From sequence record SRR22947725_1190: a stretch of DNA of 44,373 nucleotides; one strand, written 5' to 3'. The position numbers and the translations under genes are program-made. The number at the start of each line of letters is the position of its first letter. The first letter of the stretch is position 1. This document shows positions 1-9,719 of this stretch, piece by piece. Below the pieces are notes generated by a model. It searched no databases. It worked only from the letters and a program-made list of their open reading frames with translations, and was not told where the DNA came from.

Positions 1-2
1 CG

Positions 3-320
3 AAGTTGGATGGGGCTGGTTTTTTAAGTATCTTTCGACACATATTTATTCCTTTGTCCACGCCAATTTTTGTGGTCACCATTATCTGGCAATTTACACA
101 GATTTGGAATGACTTCCTTTTTGGTGTTGTTTATTCTGGCTCTGGAACTCAGCCAATAACAGTAGCTCTTAATAATCTAGTTAATACGTCTATTGGCGGC
201 AAAGAATATAACGTTGATATGGCTGCTGCAATTATCGCTGCTATGCCAACTCTGGTTGTTTATGTCATTGCAGGCAAGTACTTTGTTAAAGGCCTCACTG
301 CTGGCGCAGTAAAAGGATAA
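3..320 (+). CDS. Carbohydrate ABC transporter permease, C-terminal part (GtsC/MalG-like); 5' end is outside the window
   Basis: Open frame from the window edge. It has an EAA-loop remnant (KLDGAG), IWNDFLFG and a C-terminal GLTAGAVKG, and closely resembles Pseudomonas glucose permease GtsC as I recall it. Confidence 0.9.
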   Translation, partial: KLDGAGFLSIFRHIFIPLSTPIFVVTIIWQFTQIWNDFLFGVVYSGSGTQPITVALNNLVNTSIGGKEYNVDMAAAIIAAMPTLVVYVIAGKYFVKGLTAGAVKG

Positions 321-370
321 GTAAACTATCAATATCTATTTGAAATAATTAATAAATACAGGATAAAAAA

Positions 371-1468
371 ATGGGAAGTATAAGCCTTAATGGAATTAAA
401 AAATCTTTTGGAGAAACAGAAGTACTTAAGGACATCAATTTGGACATTAAAGATGGAGAATTTTTAATACTTATTGGCCCATCAGGTTGTGGTAAATCAA
501 CATTAATGAATTTAATTGCCGGTCTTGAGGATTTGACTGGGGGTGAAATTGTCATTGATGGTAAGGACGTATCAGAAGAATCTCCTAAGGATCGTGATAT
601 TGCTATGGTTTTTCAGTCTTATGCTTTGTACCCAACAATGAACGTTGCAAGGAATATTTGTTTTGGTCTAGAGATGAGCAAGATGCCAAAAGAAGAGCAG
701 GAGGTTATTCTTAAAAAAGTCTCCACTCTTCTTCAAATTGATCACTTATTAGATAGAAAGCCAGGCCAGCTATCAGGCGGTCAAAGACAAAGAGTCGCAA
801 TGGGAAGGGCATTAGCAAGATCACCAAAGGTCTTTCTTTTTGACGAACCCCTATCAAATCTAGATGCGAAACTTAGAGTTGAGATGCGTACAGAGATAAA
901 AAAATTACATAAGCGTATCGCAACAACTATTGTCTATGTTACTCATGATCAAATCGAAGCGATGACGCTTGCTGATAGGATCGCAGTTCTTAAAGACGGG
1001 GAATTGCAGCAAGTAGGAACTCCTTATGAAATTTACAACGACCCAGTAAGCCACTTTGTGGCTGACTTTATGGGTTCACCGGGGATGAATTTTATTGAGT
1101 GCATCGTTAAAGATGAAAACTTAATTATTGAAAGTGGTGGTCAGAAATATGAATTATCTATTCCTTGTAAAGAGGCTATTAATAATTCAAAATTAGATGT
1201 TGTCATGCTGGGAATTAGGCCTGAAATGCTTACTGAAATTCAGCCTTCTGCTGCAAAAAATGCCTACATTCATCAGATTAAGTTTGACGTAGATGTGCTA
1301 GAGCCAATGGGCGCAGATACTGTCGCTATAGGTCAATGGAACGATAACGAGGTTATGGCCAGACTCAGCCCTGAATCTGGAAACATAGCTGGCAAAGGAT
1401 TTGATTTGCAGGTTGACACGAGTAAGGCAATTCTTTTCGATCCAAATTCAGGCCTTAGAATCAAATAA
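371..1468 (+). CDS. Sugar ABC transporter ATP-binding protein (MalK/UgpC family)
   Basis: Walker A GPSGCGKST, Q-loop VFQSYALYP, signature LSGGQRQR, Walker B FLFDEPLSNLDAKLR, and VTHDQ. Confidence 0.96.
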   Translation: MGSISLNGIKKSFGETEVLKDINLDIKDGEFLILIGPSGCGKSTLMNLIAGLEDLTGGEIVIDGKDVSEESPKDRDIAMVFQSYALYPTMNVARNICFGLEMSKMPKEEQEVILKKVSTLLQIDHLLDRKPGQLSGGQRQRVAMGRALARSPKVFLFDEPLSNLDAKLRVEMRTEIKKLHKRIATTIVYVTHDQIEAMTLADRIAVLKDGELQQVGTPYEIYNDPVSHFVADFMGSPGMNFIECIVKDENLIIESGGQKYELSIPCKEAINNSKLDVVMLGIRPEMLTEIQPSAAKNAYIHQIKFDVDVLEPMGADTVAIGQWNDNEVMARLSPESGNIAGKGFDLQVDTSKAILFDPNSGLRIK

Positions 1469-1487
1469 TTATTGATACAATACCTGT

Positions 1488-2348
1488 ATGAGTGAATCTT
1501 TCACAAAATCAGGGTTGTCAATACCTGCTTTGGGTCTGGGAACATGGGACTTGCAAGGCGATAGCTGCATCAACATTGTCCAGGAAGCTCTTGAAATTGG
1601 TTATCGTCATATTGATGGCGCTTCAATGTATGAAAACGAAATTGAAGTTGGAAAAGGTATTATTAATTCAAATGTAGATCGAGAAGACATTTTTGTAACT
1701 ACAAAAATTAATACAACAAGCTGGACCCCTTCACAGGGAAATGGTCCCCCTCTAAAGAACAAAGATATTGCTAAGCACTTTGAGAAAAGTCTTAAAGATT
1801 TGCAAACTGAATATGTTGATCTACTTCTTATTCATTGGCCTAAGTTTGAAACTAATTTAGGGGATATATTAGAAATTTTGTATGATCTTAAGGATGCAAA
1901 AAAAGTCAAAGAGGTTGGAGTTGCTAACTTTAACTCTAACCTTTTAAATGAATGTATTGATCTTGGCTTTAAAGATATCTTTTGCAATCAAGTTGAATAC
2001 CATCCTTTTTTATCCCAAGCTAAATTATTAGAGGTCATGCAGGACCTAGATATTATTCCAGTTGCTTATTGCCCAATATGCAGAGGTGATGTTGCAAGGC
2101 ATGATGTAATTATTGATTTGGCTGAAAAGTACTCAAAAACGCCTGCTCAAATTGCACTCAGATGGATATATCAACAAAAGGCTGTGTCGATTCCTAAAAC
2201 GGCTAATTCTTATAGGCTTCGAGAAAATATTGATATTTTTGACTTCGAGATAGAATATAAAGATATGCTTACAATATATAGCCTAGCAAGAAACCAGCGT
2301 CTAGTCCCTAATCTTGAGATTAATGAGTTACAGTATCCTTTTGATTAA
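1488..2348 (+). CDS. Aldo/keto reductase (DkgB-like)
   Basis: GLGTW; catalytic tetrad in HIDGASMY, TTK and LLIHWP; NQVEYHPF; IPKT. Confidence 0.92.
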   Translation: MSESFTKSGLSIPALGLGTWDLQGDSCINIVQEALEIGYRHIDGASMYENEIEVGKGIINSNVDREDIFVTTKINTTSWTPSQGNGPPLKNKDIAKHFEKSLKDLQTEYVDLLLIHWPKFETNLGDILEILYDLKDAKKVKEVGVANFNSNLLNECIDLGFKDIFCNQVEYHPFLSQAKLLEVMQDLDIIPVAYCPICRGDVARHDVIIDLAEKYSKTPAQIALRWIYQQKAVSIPKTANSYRLRENIDIFDFEIEYKDMLTIYSLARNQRLVPNLEINELQYPFD

Positions 2349-2350
2349 AC

Positions 2351-3361
2351 TTAATTTAAATTTAGAATGCTTTGTCTTTCGATAAGCTCAACTTCAAAAT
2401 TGTAATCAACTTCTAGTGCTGCTCCATAGCATAAATTAATTAATTTTCTTGCGGCTGAGATTGCCATTTTTTGAACAGGCACGTTGATTGTAGTTAGAGG
2501 TGGAGTGGTATAAGAGGAAATATTCATATTATCATATCCTAGAACTGAGATGTCATTTGGGATATCTACCCCTTTGCTTGACAATGCTGAGATTGCTGAC
2601 ATAGCAGATTGATCATTTGCACAGAACAAGGCTGTAAATGATGGTTTTTGATTAAGTAAATAATTAGCACCCTCAAACCCTTTTTTAAAGGTGTAATCAC
2701 CACGATAAATAAGATTATCATGAATAAAGATATTGCTTTCTTTAAGCGCATCAATAAATCCATTGTGCCTTTCATTGGCATCAGCAGTATCAAACCATCC
2801 GGTAATTAATGCAATATCTTTATGACCATTTTTAATTAGATACTCACCAGCAATGTAGCCTGCTTTATAGTGATTAAAAGTGAAGGACTTATCTTTCATG
2901 GCATCAACCTTATTGTTAAGCAGAACAATATTTGGGAATTCTTTTTCTAGTTGTAGGATATCAAAATCTGGCATGTCAGAGCCCCAAATTATGAGGCCAT
3001 CACACCCCTTATTGACTAGGTTATCTATTGATAATCGTGAAGCATTTGGATGGTTAGTTGAGTTTCTTTCTCCATCTGTTGTAATTAGACTCACATCAAA
3101 TGGTTGAAGTTCACGCTCAATTTTTGTAAGCGTTGCTCTGCTCATTTCTCCAGAACTTTTGGTACCCCATAAGCCAATCGTATTATATCTTTTAGATGAG
3201 AGGGACTGAGCAGAACTATTAGGAATGAATTTAAGTGCAGCCATCGCACTATTCACTTTGTTTCGTGTTTTTTGGGAGACAGAGCCTTTTCCAGAAATAA
3301 CTCTGGAAACAGTTCCAATTCCAACATCTGCTAATTTTGCAACATCTCTAATAGTAGCCAT
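2351..3361 (-). CDS. LacI-family transcriptional repressor
   Basis: N-terminal TIRDVAKLADVGIGTVSRV HTH, plus sugar-binding-domain motifs ALFCAND, SVLGYDN, PPLTTI and LIERQS. Divergent from the sugar ABC operon. Confidence 0.96.
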   Translation of the reverse strand: MATIRDVAKLADVGIGTVSRVISGKGSVSQKTRNKVNSAMAALKFIPNSSAQSLSSKRYNTIGLWGTKSSGEMSRATLTKIERELQPFDVSLITTDGERNSTNHPNASRLSIDNLVNKGCDGLIIWGSDMPDFDILQLEKEFPNIVLLNNKVDAMKDKSFTFNHYKAGYIAGEYLIKNGHKDIALITGWFDTADANERHNGFIDALKESNIFIHDNLIYRGDYTFKKGFEGANYLLNQKPSFTALFCANDQSAMSAISALSSKGVDIPNDISVLGYDNMNISSYTTPPLTTINVPVQKMAISAARKLINLCYGAALEVDYNFEVELIERQSILNLN

Positions 3362-3450
3362 ATTATCAAAATAAATAGTTCAAAATATCCTATAAAGCCT
3401 ATTATATAGACATTTAAAATTTTTTATAAGCCATAATTACTTGATTATTA

Positions 3451-3480
3451 TTGTAACAATTTGACACACTTTGTCACATT
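3451..3480 (+). promoter_or_regulatory. Three tandem 10-bp direct repeats (TTGnnACAnT), candidate activator-binding site
   Basis: TTGTAACAAT/TTGACACACT/TTGTCACATT, with TATAAT at 3500-3505. The same architecture recurs at 9720-9749. Confidence 0.65.
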
Positions 3481-3505
3481 TAAATTTTAATTTTTTATTT
3501 ATAAT

Positions 3506-3519
3506 TGGAAACGGTTCCA
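3506..3519. promoter_or_regulatory. LacI-family operator (TGGAAACGGTTCCA)
   Basis: Palindrome TGGAA-A-CG-G-TTCCA with the central CG typical of LacI operators. It lies directly after TATAAT (3500-3505), between lacI and the binding-protein gene. Confidence 0.8.
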
Positions 3520-3569
3520 TAATATAAATGTTGTGGAGTTTTTGTTTATATATTTTCTAGGAGAGAAAT

Positions 3570-4811
3570 ATGAGAAAAATGTTGAAGAGTTCAACGCTAG
3601 TTGCAGCTGCTATCTTAACGGGTGCGGTCAATGTTGCATCAGCGACTGAATTAGAAGTCACACACTGGTGGACATCTGGTGGTGAGGCAAATGCTGTTGG
3701 TGAACTTGCTAAAGCTTTTGATGCTACTGGACATACATGGGTAGATGGAGCGATAGCGGGATCAGGTGGTGTTGCTAGACCAATTATCATTAGTAGAATT
3801 ATTGGTGGTGAGCCTATGGGTGCTACTCAGCTTAACCACGGTCGTCAGGCTGAAGAGTTAATTGAGGCCGGTCTGCTTTTAGATCTAACTGATGTTGCTG
3901 AGGCAGAAGGCTGGAAGGATGTTATTTATCCAAGTAATCTTCTTGAAGCATGTACTGTTGACGGAAGAGTCTATTGTGCTCCAGTTAACATTCACTCAGC
4001 TCAGTGGTTGTGGTTAAGTCATGATGCTTATGAAAGCTCAGGTGTTGCTGTCCCGAGTAACTGGGATGAGTTTGTAGCAGCTGGTCCGGCACTTCGTGCT
4101 AATGGAATTGTTCCACTAGCCCAAGGTCAACAAGGTTGGCAAACAGGTTTAACTTTTGGTGTATTAGCTACAGCTCTAGTTAGTGAGGATGCTTGGTATG
4201 CTGTAAACCGCGACAAAGATTCAAAAGTTGCTGGTGGTGCAGAATATGCCCGAGTTTGGAATGCGTTTGATGATGCCCGTAAAATGGCAATTGGATCAAA
4301 TGTTGGTGACTGGAACCTAGCTACGAATCTTGTTATTACTGGTAAAGCAGGTGGACAGATTCACGGTGACTGGGCTCAAGGTGAATTTAGTGTTGCTGGC
4401 TCTGTTGCAGGAACTGATTATTCATGCCTACCTGGTTTAGGAGAGCGTGCAATCTTAGATACTGGAGGAGATGCGTTTTATTTCCCAGTTCAGGATGATG
4501 CAGATGTTGAAGCGGCTCAAAAAGAGTTAGCTGCACTTCTAGTTTCTCCTGCGGTTCAGGTGGCGTTTAACCTTAAGAAGGGTTCGTTACCAATTCGTGG
4601 AGATATCGATATGTCAACTGCGAATGATTGTATGCAGAAAGGTCTAAAGATTCTTGCAGGCGGAAATGTTGTGCCTTCAGGTGATATTCTACTTTCAGCT
4701 GATACTAATAATCAGGTTAATGAACTTATGAACACTTTTTGGAGTGATTTGTATATGAGCCCTGCAGATGCACAGGCTAAATATGCTAAGATCATTGCAA
4801 GCGCTGATTAA
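3570..4811 (+). CDS. Sugar ABC transporter substrate-binding protein (GtsA-like, CUT1)
   Basis: Signal peptide ending ASA, EVTHWWTSGGE, PVNIH, HGDWAQGEF and FNLKKGSLPIR; SD AGGAG upstream. Confidence 0.93.
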   Translation: MRKMLKSSTLVAAAILTGAVNVASATELEVTHWWTSGGEANAVGELAKAFDATGHTWVDGAIAGSGGVARPIIISRIIGGEPMGATQLNHGRQAEELIEAGLLLDLTDVAEAEGWKDVIYPSNLLEACTVDGRVYCAPVNIHSAQWLWLSHDAYESSGVAVPSNWDEFVAAGPALRANGIVPLAQGQQGWQTGLTFGVLATALVSEDAWYAVNRDKDSKVAGGAEYARVWNAFDDARKMAIGSNVGDWNLATNLVITGKAGGQIHGDWAQGEFSVAGSVAGTDYSCLPGLGERAILDTGGDAFYFPVQDDADVEAAQKELAALLVSPAVQVAFNLKKGSLPIRGDIDMSTANDCMQKGLKILAGGNVVPSGDILLSADTNNQVNELMNTFWSDLYMSPADAQAKYAKIIASAD

Positions 4812-4826
4812 GCATTAATCAATAAG

Positions 4827-4862
4827 ACTGCCGAGCATAAAATTAGGGCTCGGCAGTTTTTT
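4827..4862 (+). terminator. Intrinsic terminator / mRNA-stabilising hairpin after the binding-protein gene
   Basis: Perfect 10-bp stem ACTGCCGAGC (4827-4836)/GCTCGGCAGT (4848-4857) with an 11-nt loop, followed by a T run. Confidence 0.75.
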
Positions 4863-4917
4863 AAATGGTAACTCCTAGTTTCGATTTGCTTCACTTCTTT
4901 AGATTAAAATAGTGCTT

Positions 4918-6219
4918 ATGTTAAACAAAGCTCAACTTGAAAGAATATTTGTTGCTTCAATTATGTTGGCCTTTGTATCTTTAGTAATAGCAACAGTTGG
5001 GATTAAATCTCAACTATTTCAAAATTTTCAATTCTTTTTTTTATTTTTAGCCTCTATTTTTGCTCTAATAATTGGTCTTCAATCTAAGACTATTAAATTG
5101 ATTTCAAATAGACTTCAAAAGCAAATTATTGGCTGGCTTATTTCTGCTGTATTCTCCTCATTCGTTTGGAGTTTTGCTCAGAAAGATGTTCAGCTAATTC
5201 TTCCAGCACTTAAAGGTTATCGAAAAGCGTGGAATACGCTTGAGCCATTTGCTGTATTCGCAACTATTACTTTTATATTGTTTGCTATTGTTCTTCTCAT
5301 TATTGGGGCAAGAGACTCTAAGATGGACCGTCCAGGCTTTATTGAGCGATCTCTGGTTTATAACTTATCAAGCAAAATTGCAGCATTACCAATGATTTTT
5401 ACAGCGGTTGGTGTCTTCATTATTGCAACTTTGTGGACTGTTTATCATTCTTTCACAAATAGTAGAATGCTTCCAAAGAGTGAGTTTATTGGTCTTGCTC
5501 AATATGAAAGACTTTGGAATTCAGATCGATGGTATATGTCTATTGAAAATCTAGCTATTTATGGTGCCTGCTCATTAATATTTTCTCTTTTTATTGGCTT
5601 TATATTGGCCGCTTTGCTTGATCAAAAAACAAGATTTGAAAATACATTTAGAACTATTTTTTTATATCCATTTGCACTTAGTTTTATTGTGACAGGCCTT
5701 GTTTGGCAATGGATCTTGAATCCAGAATATGGTGTAGAAAAAATAGTAAGATCAATTGGATTTGAATCATTTGTTTTCAATCCTCTTTACAATATTGACA
5801 TTGTTATTTACGGGATTCTTGCAGCTGGGCTCTGGCAAGGAACGGGCTTTATTATGTGTCTAATGCTTGCAGGTCTTAGGGGTATAGATCAAGAAATATG
5901 GAAGGCTGCCCGTATTGATGGAATTCCTATGTGGAAAACTTATATCCAGGTTGTTATCCCAATGATGCGGCCTGTTTTTATTACGACCCTGGTTATTATT
6001 GCAGCAGGAATTATCAAAGTTTATGATCTTGTTGTTGCACAAACTTCAGGAGGCCCTGGAATATCTTCAGAGGTTCCTGCAAAGTATGTATATGACTATA
6101 TGTTCAGTGCACAGAACCTTGGTCAAGGATTCGCGGCATCAACAATGATGCTGGTTTCAGTTCTTATTGTTTTGATTCCCTTTGCATACCTAGAGTTTGG
6201 GAGGCGAAAGCATGGCTAA
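4918..6219 (+). CDS. Sugar ABC transporter permease (MalF/GtsB-like) with an extra N-terminal membrane region
   Basis: Multiple TM helices, EAA loop IWKAARIDG, and FRTIFLYPFALSFIVTGLVWQW. Start is ATG 4918 or GTG 4912. Confidence 0.9.
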   Translation: MLNKAQLERIFVASIMLAFVSLVIATVGIKSQLFQNFQFFFLFLASIFALIIGLQSKTIKLISNRLQKQIIGWLISAVFSSFVWSFAQKDVQLILPALKGYRKAWNTLEPFAVFATITFILFAIVLLIIGARDSKMDRPGFIERSLVYNLSSKIAALPMIFTAVGVFIIATLWTVYHSFTNSRMLPKSEFIGLAQYERLWNSDRWYMSIENLAIYGACSLIFSLFIGFILAALLDQKTRFENTFRTIFLYPFALSFIVTGLVWQWILNPEYGVEKIVRSIGFESFVFNPLYNIDIVIYGILAAGLWQGTGFIMCLMLAGLRGIDQEIWKAARIDGIPMWKTYIQVVIPMMRPVFITTLVIIAAGIIKVYDLVVAQTSGGPGISSEVPAKYVYDYMFSAQNLGQGFAASTMMLVSVLIVLIPFAYLEFGRRKHG

Positions 6220-7120
6220 ATCTAAAAAAATTCTTTATGAAGCTGAGCCGAGAGGTCCCAAGCCACGAAAGATCTTGAGTCGACGTAATATTATTCTTTA
6301 TGGAACACTTTTGATAGTTGCAATATATTATTTGATACCTCTCTATGTGATGATTGTAACCTCTCTCAAGGGTATGCCTGAAATTCGATTGGGGAATATT
6401 TTTTCGCCACCTATTGAAGTAACATTTGAGCCATGGATTAAAGCTTGGTCGCAAGCTTGTACCGGCCTCAATTGTGACGGCTTATCGAGAGGCTTCTGGA
6501 ACTCAGTCAAGATAACACTGCCTTCAGTGATTGTTTCAATAGCGATTGCATCAGTCAACGGTTATGCTCTGGCAAATTGGCGCTTTAAAGGCGCTAATTT
6601 GTTTTTTACAATTTTGATATTTGGAGCTTTTATTCCTTATCAAATTATGATTTATCCTCTAGTCATCTTATTGAGAGATCTTGGAATTTATACTAAGCTT
6701 CCAGGGCTAATTCTAATTCACTCGATCTTTGGTATGCCGATTCTAACTTTGCTCTTTCGTAACTATTTTACAACGATACCAGAAGAGCTCTTTAAGGCGG
6801 CAAGGGTTGATGGTGCAGGATTTTGGGGAATTTACTTTCGCGTTATGATGCCAATGTCTCTCCCAATTTTTGTAGTCGCAATTATTTTGCAGGTTACCGG
6901 CATTTGGAATGATTTTTTATTTGGAGTGATTTATACGAAACCTGATACTTATCCAATGACAGTTCAGCTAAATAATATTGTGAATTCAGTTCAAGGAGTC
7001 AAAGAATACAACGTTAATATGGCCGCAACCTTGCTTACAGGTCTTGTTCCTTTGGCAATTTATTTTATTTCAGGAAGGCTCTTTGTAAGAGGGATTGCTG
7101 CAGGCGCGGTTAAAGGATAA
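6212..7120 (+). CDS. Sugar ABC transporter permease (MalG/GtsC-like)
   Basis: EAA loop PEELFKAARVDGAG, IWNDFLFG, and C-terminal AGAVKG. ATG 6212 has SD GGAGG at 6200-6204. Confidence 0.94.
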   Translation: MAKSKKILYEAEPRGPKPRKILSRRNIILYGTLLIVAIYYLIPLYVMIVTSLKGMPEIRLGNIFSPPIEVTFEPWIKAWSQACTGLNCDGLSRGFWNSVKITLPSVIVSIAIASVNGYALANWRFKGANLFFTILIFGAFIPYQIMIYPLVILLRDLGIYTKLPGLILIHSIFGMPILTLLFRNYFTTIPEELFKAARVDGAGFWGIYFRVMMPMSLPIFVVAIILQVTGIWNDFLFGVIYTKPDTYPMTVQLNNIVNSVQGVKEYNVNMAATLLTGLVPLAIYFISGRLFVRGIAAGAVKG

Positions 7121-7138
7121 AAAAAGGATAATAGTTTT

Positions 7139-8215
7139 ATGAATAGTATTGAAATTAAAGACCTCTCCCTTAATTTTGGTGATGTAAAAGTTCTAAAAGA
7201 TTTAAATTTAGCTGTTAAAAAAGGTGAATTTTTAGTGCTATTAGGAGCTTCTGGCTGTGGTAAATCAACATTACTGAATTGTATTGCAGGATTATTAGAC
7301 GTTACAGATGGCCAAGTTTTTATTAATGACCAAAACGTAACATGGTTTGAGCCCTCTGAAAGGGGAATTGGAATGGTGTTTCAGTCCTATGCGCTCTATC
7401 CTCAAATGTCAGTTGAGGGAAACCTTTCTTTTAGCTTGAAGAATGCTAAGCTGTCCAAAGATGAGATTCAAGATCGTGTTAAAAATGCATCCGAAATATT
7501 ACAAATCGAAGATCTTTTAACGAGAAAGCCAGCTGCACTCTCTGGAGGTCAGCGCCAAAGGGTTGCCATTGGAAGGGCACTGGTTAGAGATGTCGAGGTT
7601 TTTTTATTTGATGAGCCTTTGTCTAACTTGGATGCAAAGCTAAGAACTGAGCTCAGAGTTGAAATTAAAAGGCTCCATCACAAGCTTCAGAATACGATGA
7701 TTTATGTTACTCATGATCAGATTGAAGCTATGACATTAGCAAACAGAATTGCTATTATGAGAGAAGGCTTGATTCTTCAACTAGATGACCCTAAAACAAT
7801 TTACAACTTTCCAGTCAATAAATATGTAGCTGAATTTATTGGCTCTCCCAGCATGAACTTTATAAAAGGGTCACTGAATCAATCAAGCTTTGAATTTGAT
7901 AAGACAACTTTCAAGTTAGATGGCTATAGTTTTGAGTCAGAAACTAAAAATAAAAAAACAGCTTGGCTAGGCGTAAGACCAGAAAATATCTTCATTAATG
8001 AAGGCAAGGGCGCTATGCCTGTTAATTGTGACGTAGTTGTTGAGGTCATTGAGCCTATGGGTGCAGATACTCTTGTATGGTCGACTATTAATGGAAGAGA
8101 GCTTCGTTTTACTGTGGATGGAAACAAAACTATCAATATTGGAGATAAAGTTAATGTAGGCTTTGATTCTGCTCATATATCTCTCTTCGACTTTGATACT
8201 GAAAATAGACTTTAA
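7139..8215 (+). CDS. Sugar ABC transporter ATP-binding protein (MalK family)
   Basis: GASGCGKST, LSGGQRQR, FLFDEPLSNLDAKLR, VTHDQ. Confidence 0.96.
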   Translation: MNSIEIKDLSLNFGDVKVLKDLNLAVKKGEFLVLLGASGCGKSTLLNCIAGLLDVTDGQVFINDQNVTWFEPSERGIGMVFQSYALYPQMSVEGNLSFSLKNAKLSKDEIQDRVKNASEILQIEDLLTRKPAALSGGQRQRVAIGRALVRDVEVFLFDEPLSNLDAKLRTELRVEIKRLHHKLQNTMIYVTHDQIEAMTLANRIAIMREGLILQLDDPKTIYNFPVNKYVAEFIGSPSMNFIKGSLNQSSFEFDKTTFKLDGYSFESETKNKKTAWLGVRPENIFINEGKGAMPVNCDVVVEVIEPMGADTLVWSTINGRELRFTVDGNKTINIGDKVNVGFDSAHISLFDFDTENRL

Positions 8216-8235
8216 TTGATAAAGGTAATTAAAAA

Positions 8236-9708
8236 ATGTATAAATTTCCAAAAGATTCAAAACTCAATGATCCAAAATTTATTTTTGGGGTTGCAACTGC
8301 CTCTTACCAGATAGAAGGTGCCACAGGAGCGGATGAACGTTGCAACTCAATATGGGATACTTTTTGCGCAACACCAGGAATGGTTTATAAGCAACATAAT
8401 GGCGATGTTGCCTGCAATCACTATAACTTATATGAGCAAGATGTTGAATTAATTGCATCACTCAACGTCGATGCTTATAGACTCTCTATTGCCTGGCCTC
8501 GAATTATTAAGGAGGATGGAAGTGTTAACCAAAAAGGGTTAGATTTTTATGACAGACTGATCACTGCTCTTGAGAGAAAAAATATAACAGTCATGGCAAC
8601 GCTTTATCATTGGGATCTGCCTCAATATCTTGAAGATAAGGGCGGCTGGTTGAATCGTGAAACTTCTGTTAAATTTGCAGAGTATGCTGATGTTGTTAGT
8701 CAGTATTTTGGAAACAGAATTAGTTTTTATGTGACACTCAATGAGCCATGGTGCAGTGCTTATCACGGTTACCGCTATGGTATTCATGCCCCAGGTATTG
8801 CCGATGAAAGCTCGGGCTTTTTGGCGTGCCATAATTTATTGCTTGCCCACGGCATGGCTATGCCTTTATTAAGGCAAAATGCTGATCAGTCACAACACGG
8901 GATCGTCCTGAACTTTACTCCTAATTATCCAGTAGATGAGTCTTCTATAGATGCTGCAAAATTTGCAGATGATGAGCATTCACACTGGTTTATTAAGCCA
9001 ATCATGGAAGGCAAATACCCAGATTCGGTTTATCAACATTTTATTGATCATATGCCAAAAATAGAAAGTAATGATATGGCTATTATTAGTGAAAAAATTG
9101 ATTTTTTAGGTGTAAATTTTTACTCTAGAAGCATGGTGACGGATGGAAGGCAGGGCAAGGTATCTGACACTATACTTAAGAAATTAGAGCGAGCAGAAAT
9201 CAGAATTTTAGAGTCTGATGATGTTATAGAGGGCGAAACAAAAGCTGAGCAACTCCAGAAGCTTATGAACCAAAAAGAAAGCCACTATCTGAGTGTTGAT
9301 TTGCAAGATGTCGAGCGCACTCATATAGGTTGGGAGGTTCATCCAGAGGCGTTATTAAAGCTTTTGACGGACTTACATCAAACATACAAACTCCCCCCTA
9401 TTTACATTACCGAAAATGGTGCAGCGGTTGATGATCATGTTGTTAATGGCGTGGTTGATGATGAGCAGCGTTGCCGTTACTATCAAAACCACTTATCAAT
9501 GGTTCATGAGGCGATTAAAATAGGGGTTGACATTAGGGGTTATTTTGCCTGGAGCTTAATGGATAATTTTGAATGGGCTGAGGGGTATAAAATGCGGTTT
9601 GGTATTGTTTATGTTGACTATGAAACTCAAGAAAGAACGCTTAAAAATAGCGCCATTAAGTTCCAAGAGTTTTTAAGTGCTCGCAAAGCAGAACAGCTTC
9701 AAGGTTAA
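8236..9708 (+). CDS. Glycoside hydrolase family 1 beta-glucosidase
   Basis: FGVATASYQIEG, YHWDLP, acid/base TLNEP, nucleophile ITENG, and WSLMDNFEWAEGY. Confidence 0.96.
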   Translation: MYKFPKDSKLNDPKFIFGVATASYQIEGATGADERCNSIWDTFCATPGMVYKQHNGDVACNHYNLYEQDVELIASLNVDAYRLSIAWPRIIKEDGSVNQKGLDFYDRLITALERKNITVMATLYHWDLPQYLEDKGGWLNRETSVKFAEYADVVSQYFGNRISFYVTLNEPWCSAYHGYRYGIHAPGIADESSGFLACHNLLLAHGMAMPLLRQNADQSQHGIVLNFTPNYPVDESSIDAAKFADDEHSHWFIKPIMEGKYPDSVYQHFIDHMPKIESNDMAIISEKIDFLGVNFYSRSMVTDGRQGKVSDTILKKLERAEIRILESDDVIEGETKAEQLQKLMNQKESHYLSVDLQDVERTHIGWEVHPEALLKLLTDLHQTYKLPPIYITENGAAVDDHVVNGVVDDEQRCRYYQNHLSMVHEAIKIGVDIRGYFAWSLMDNFEWAEGYKMRFGIVYVDYETQERTLKNSAIKFQEFLSARKAEQLQG

Positions 9709-9719
9709 AGTTCTTTCTT

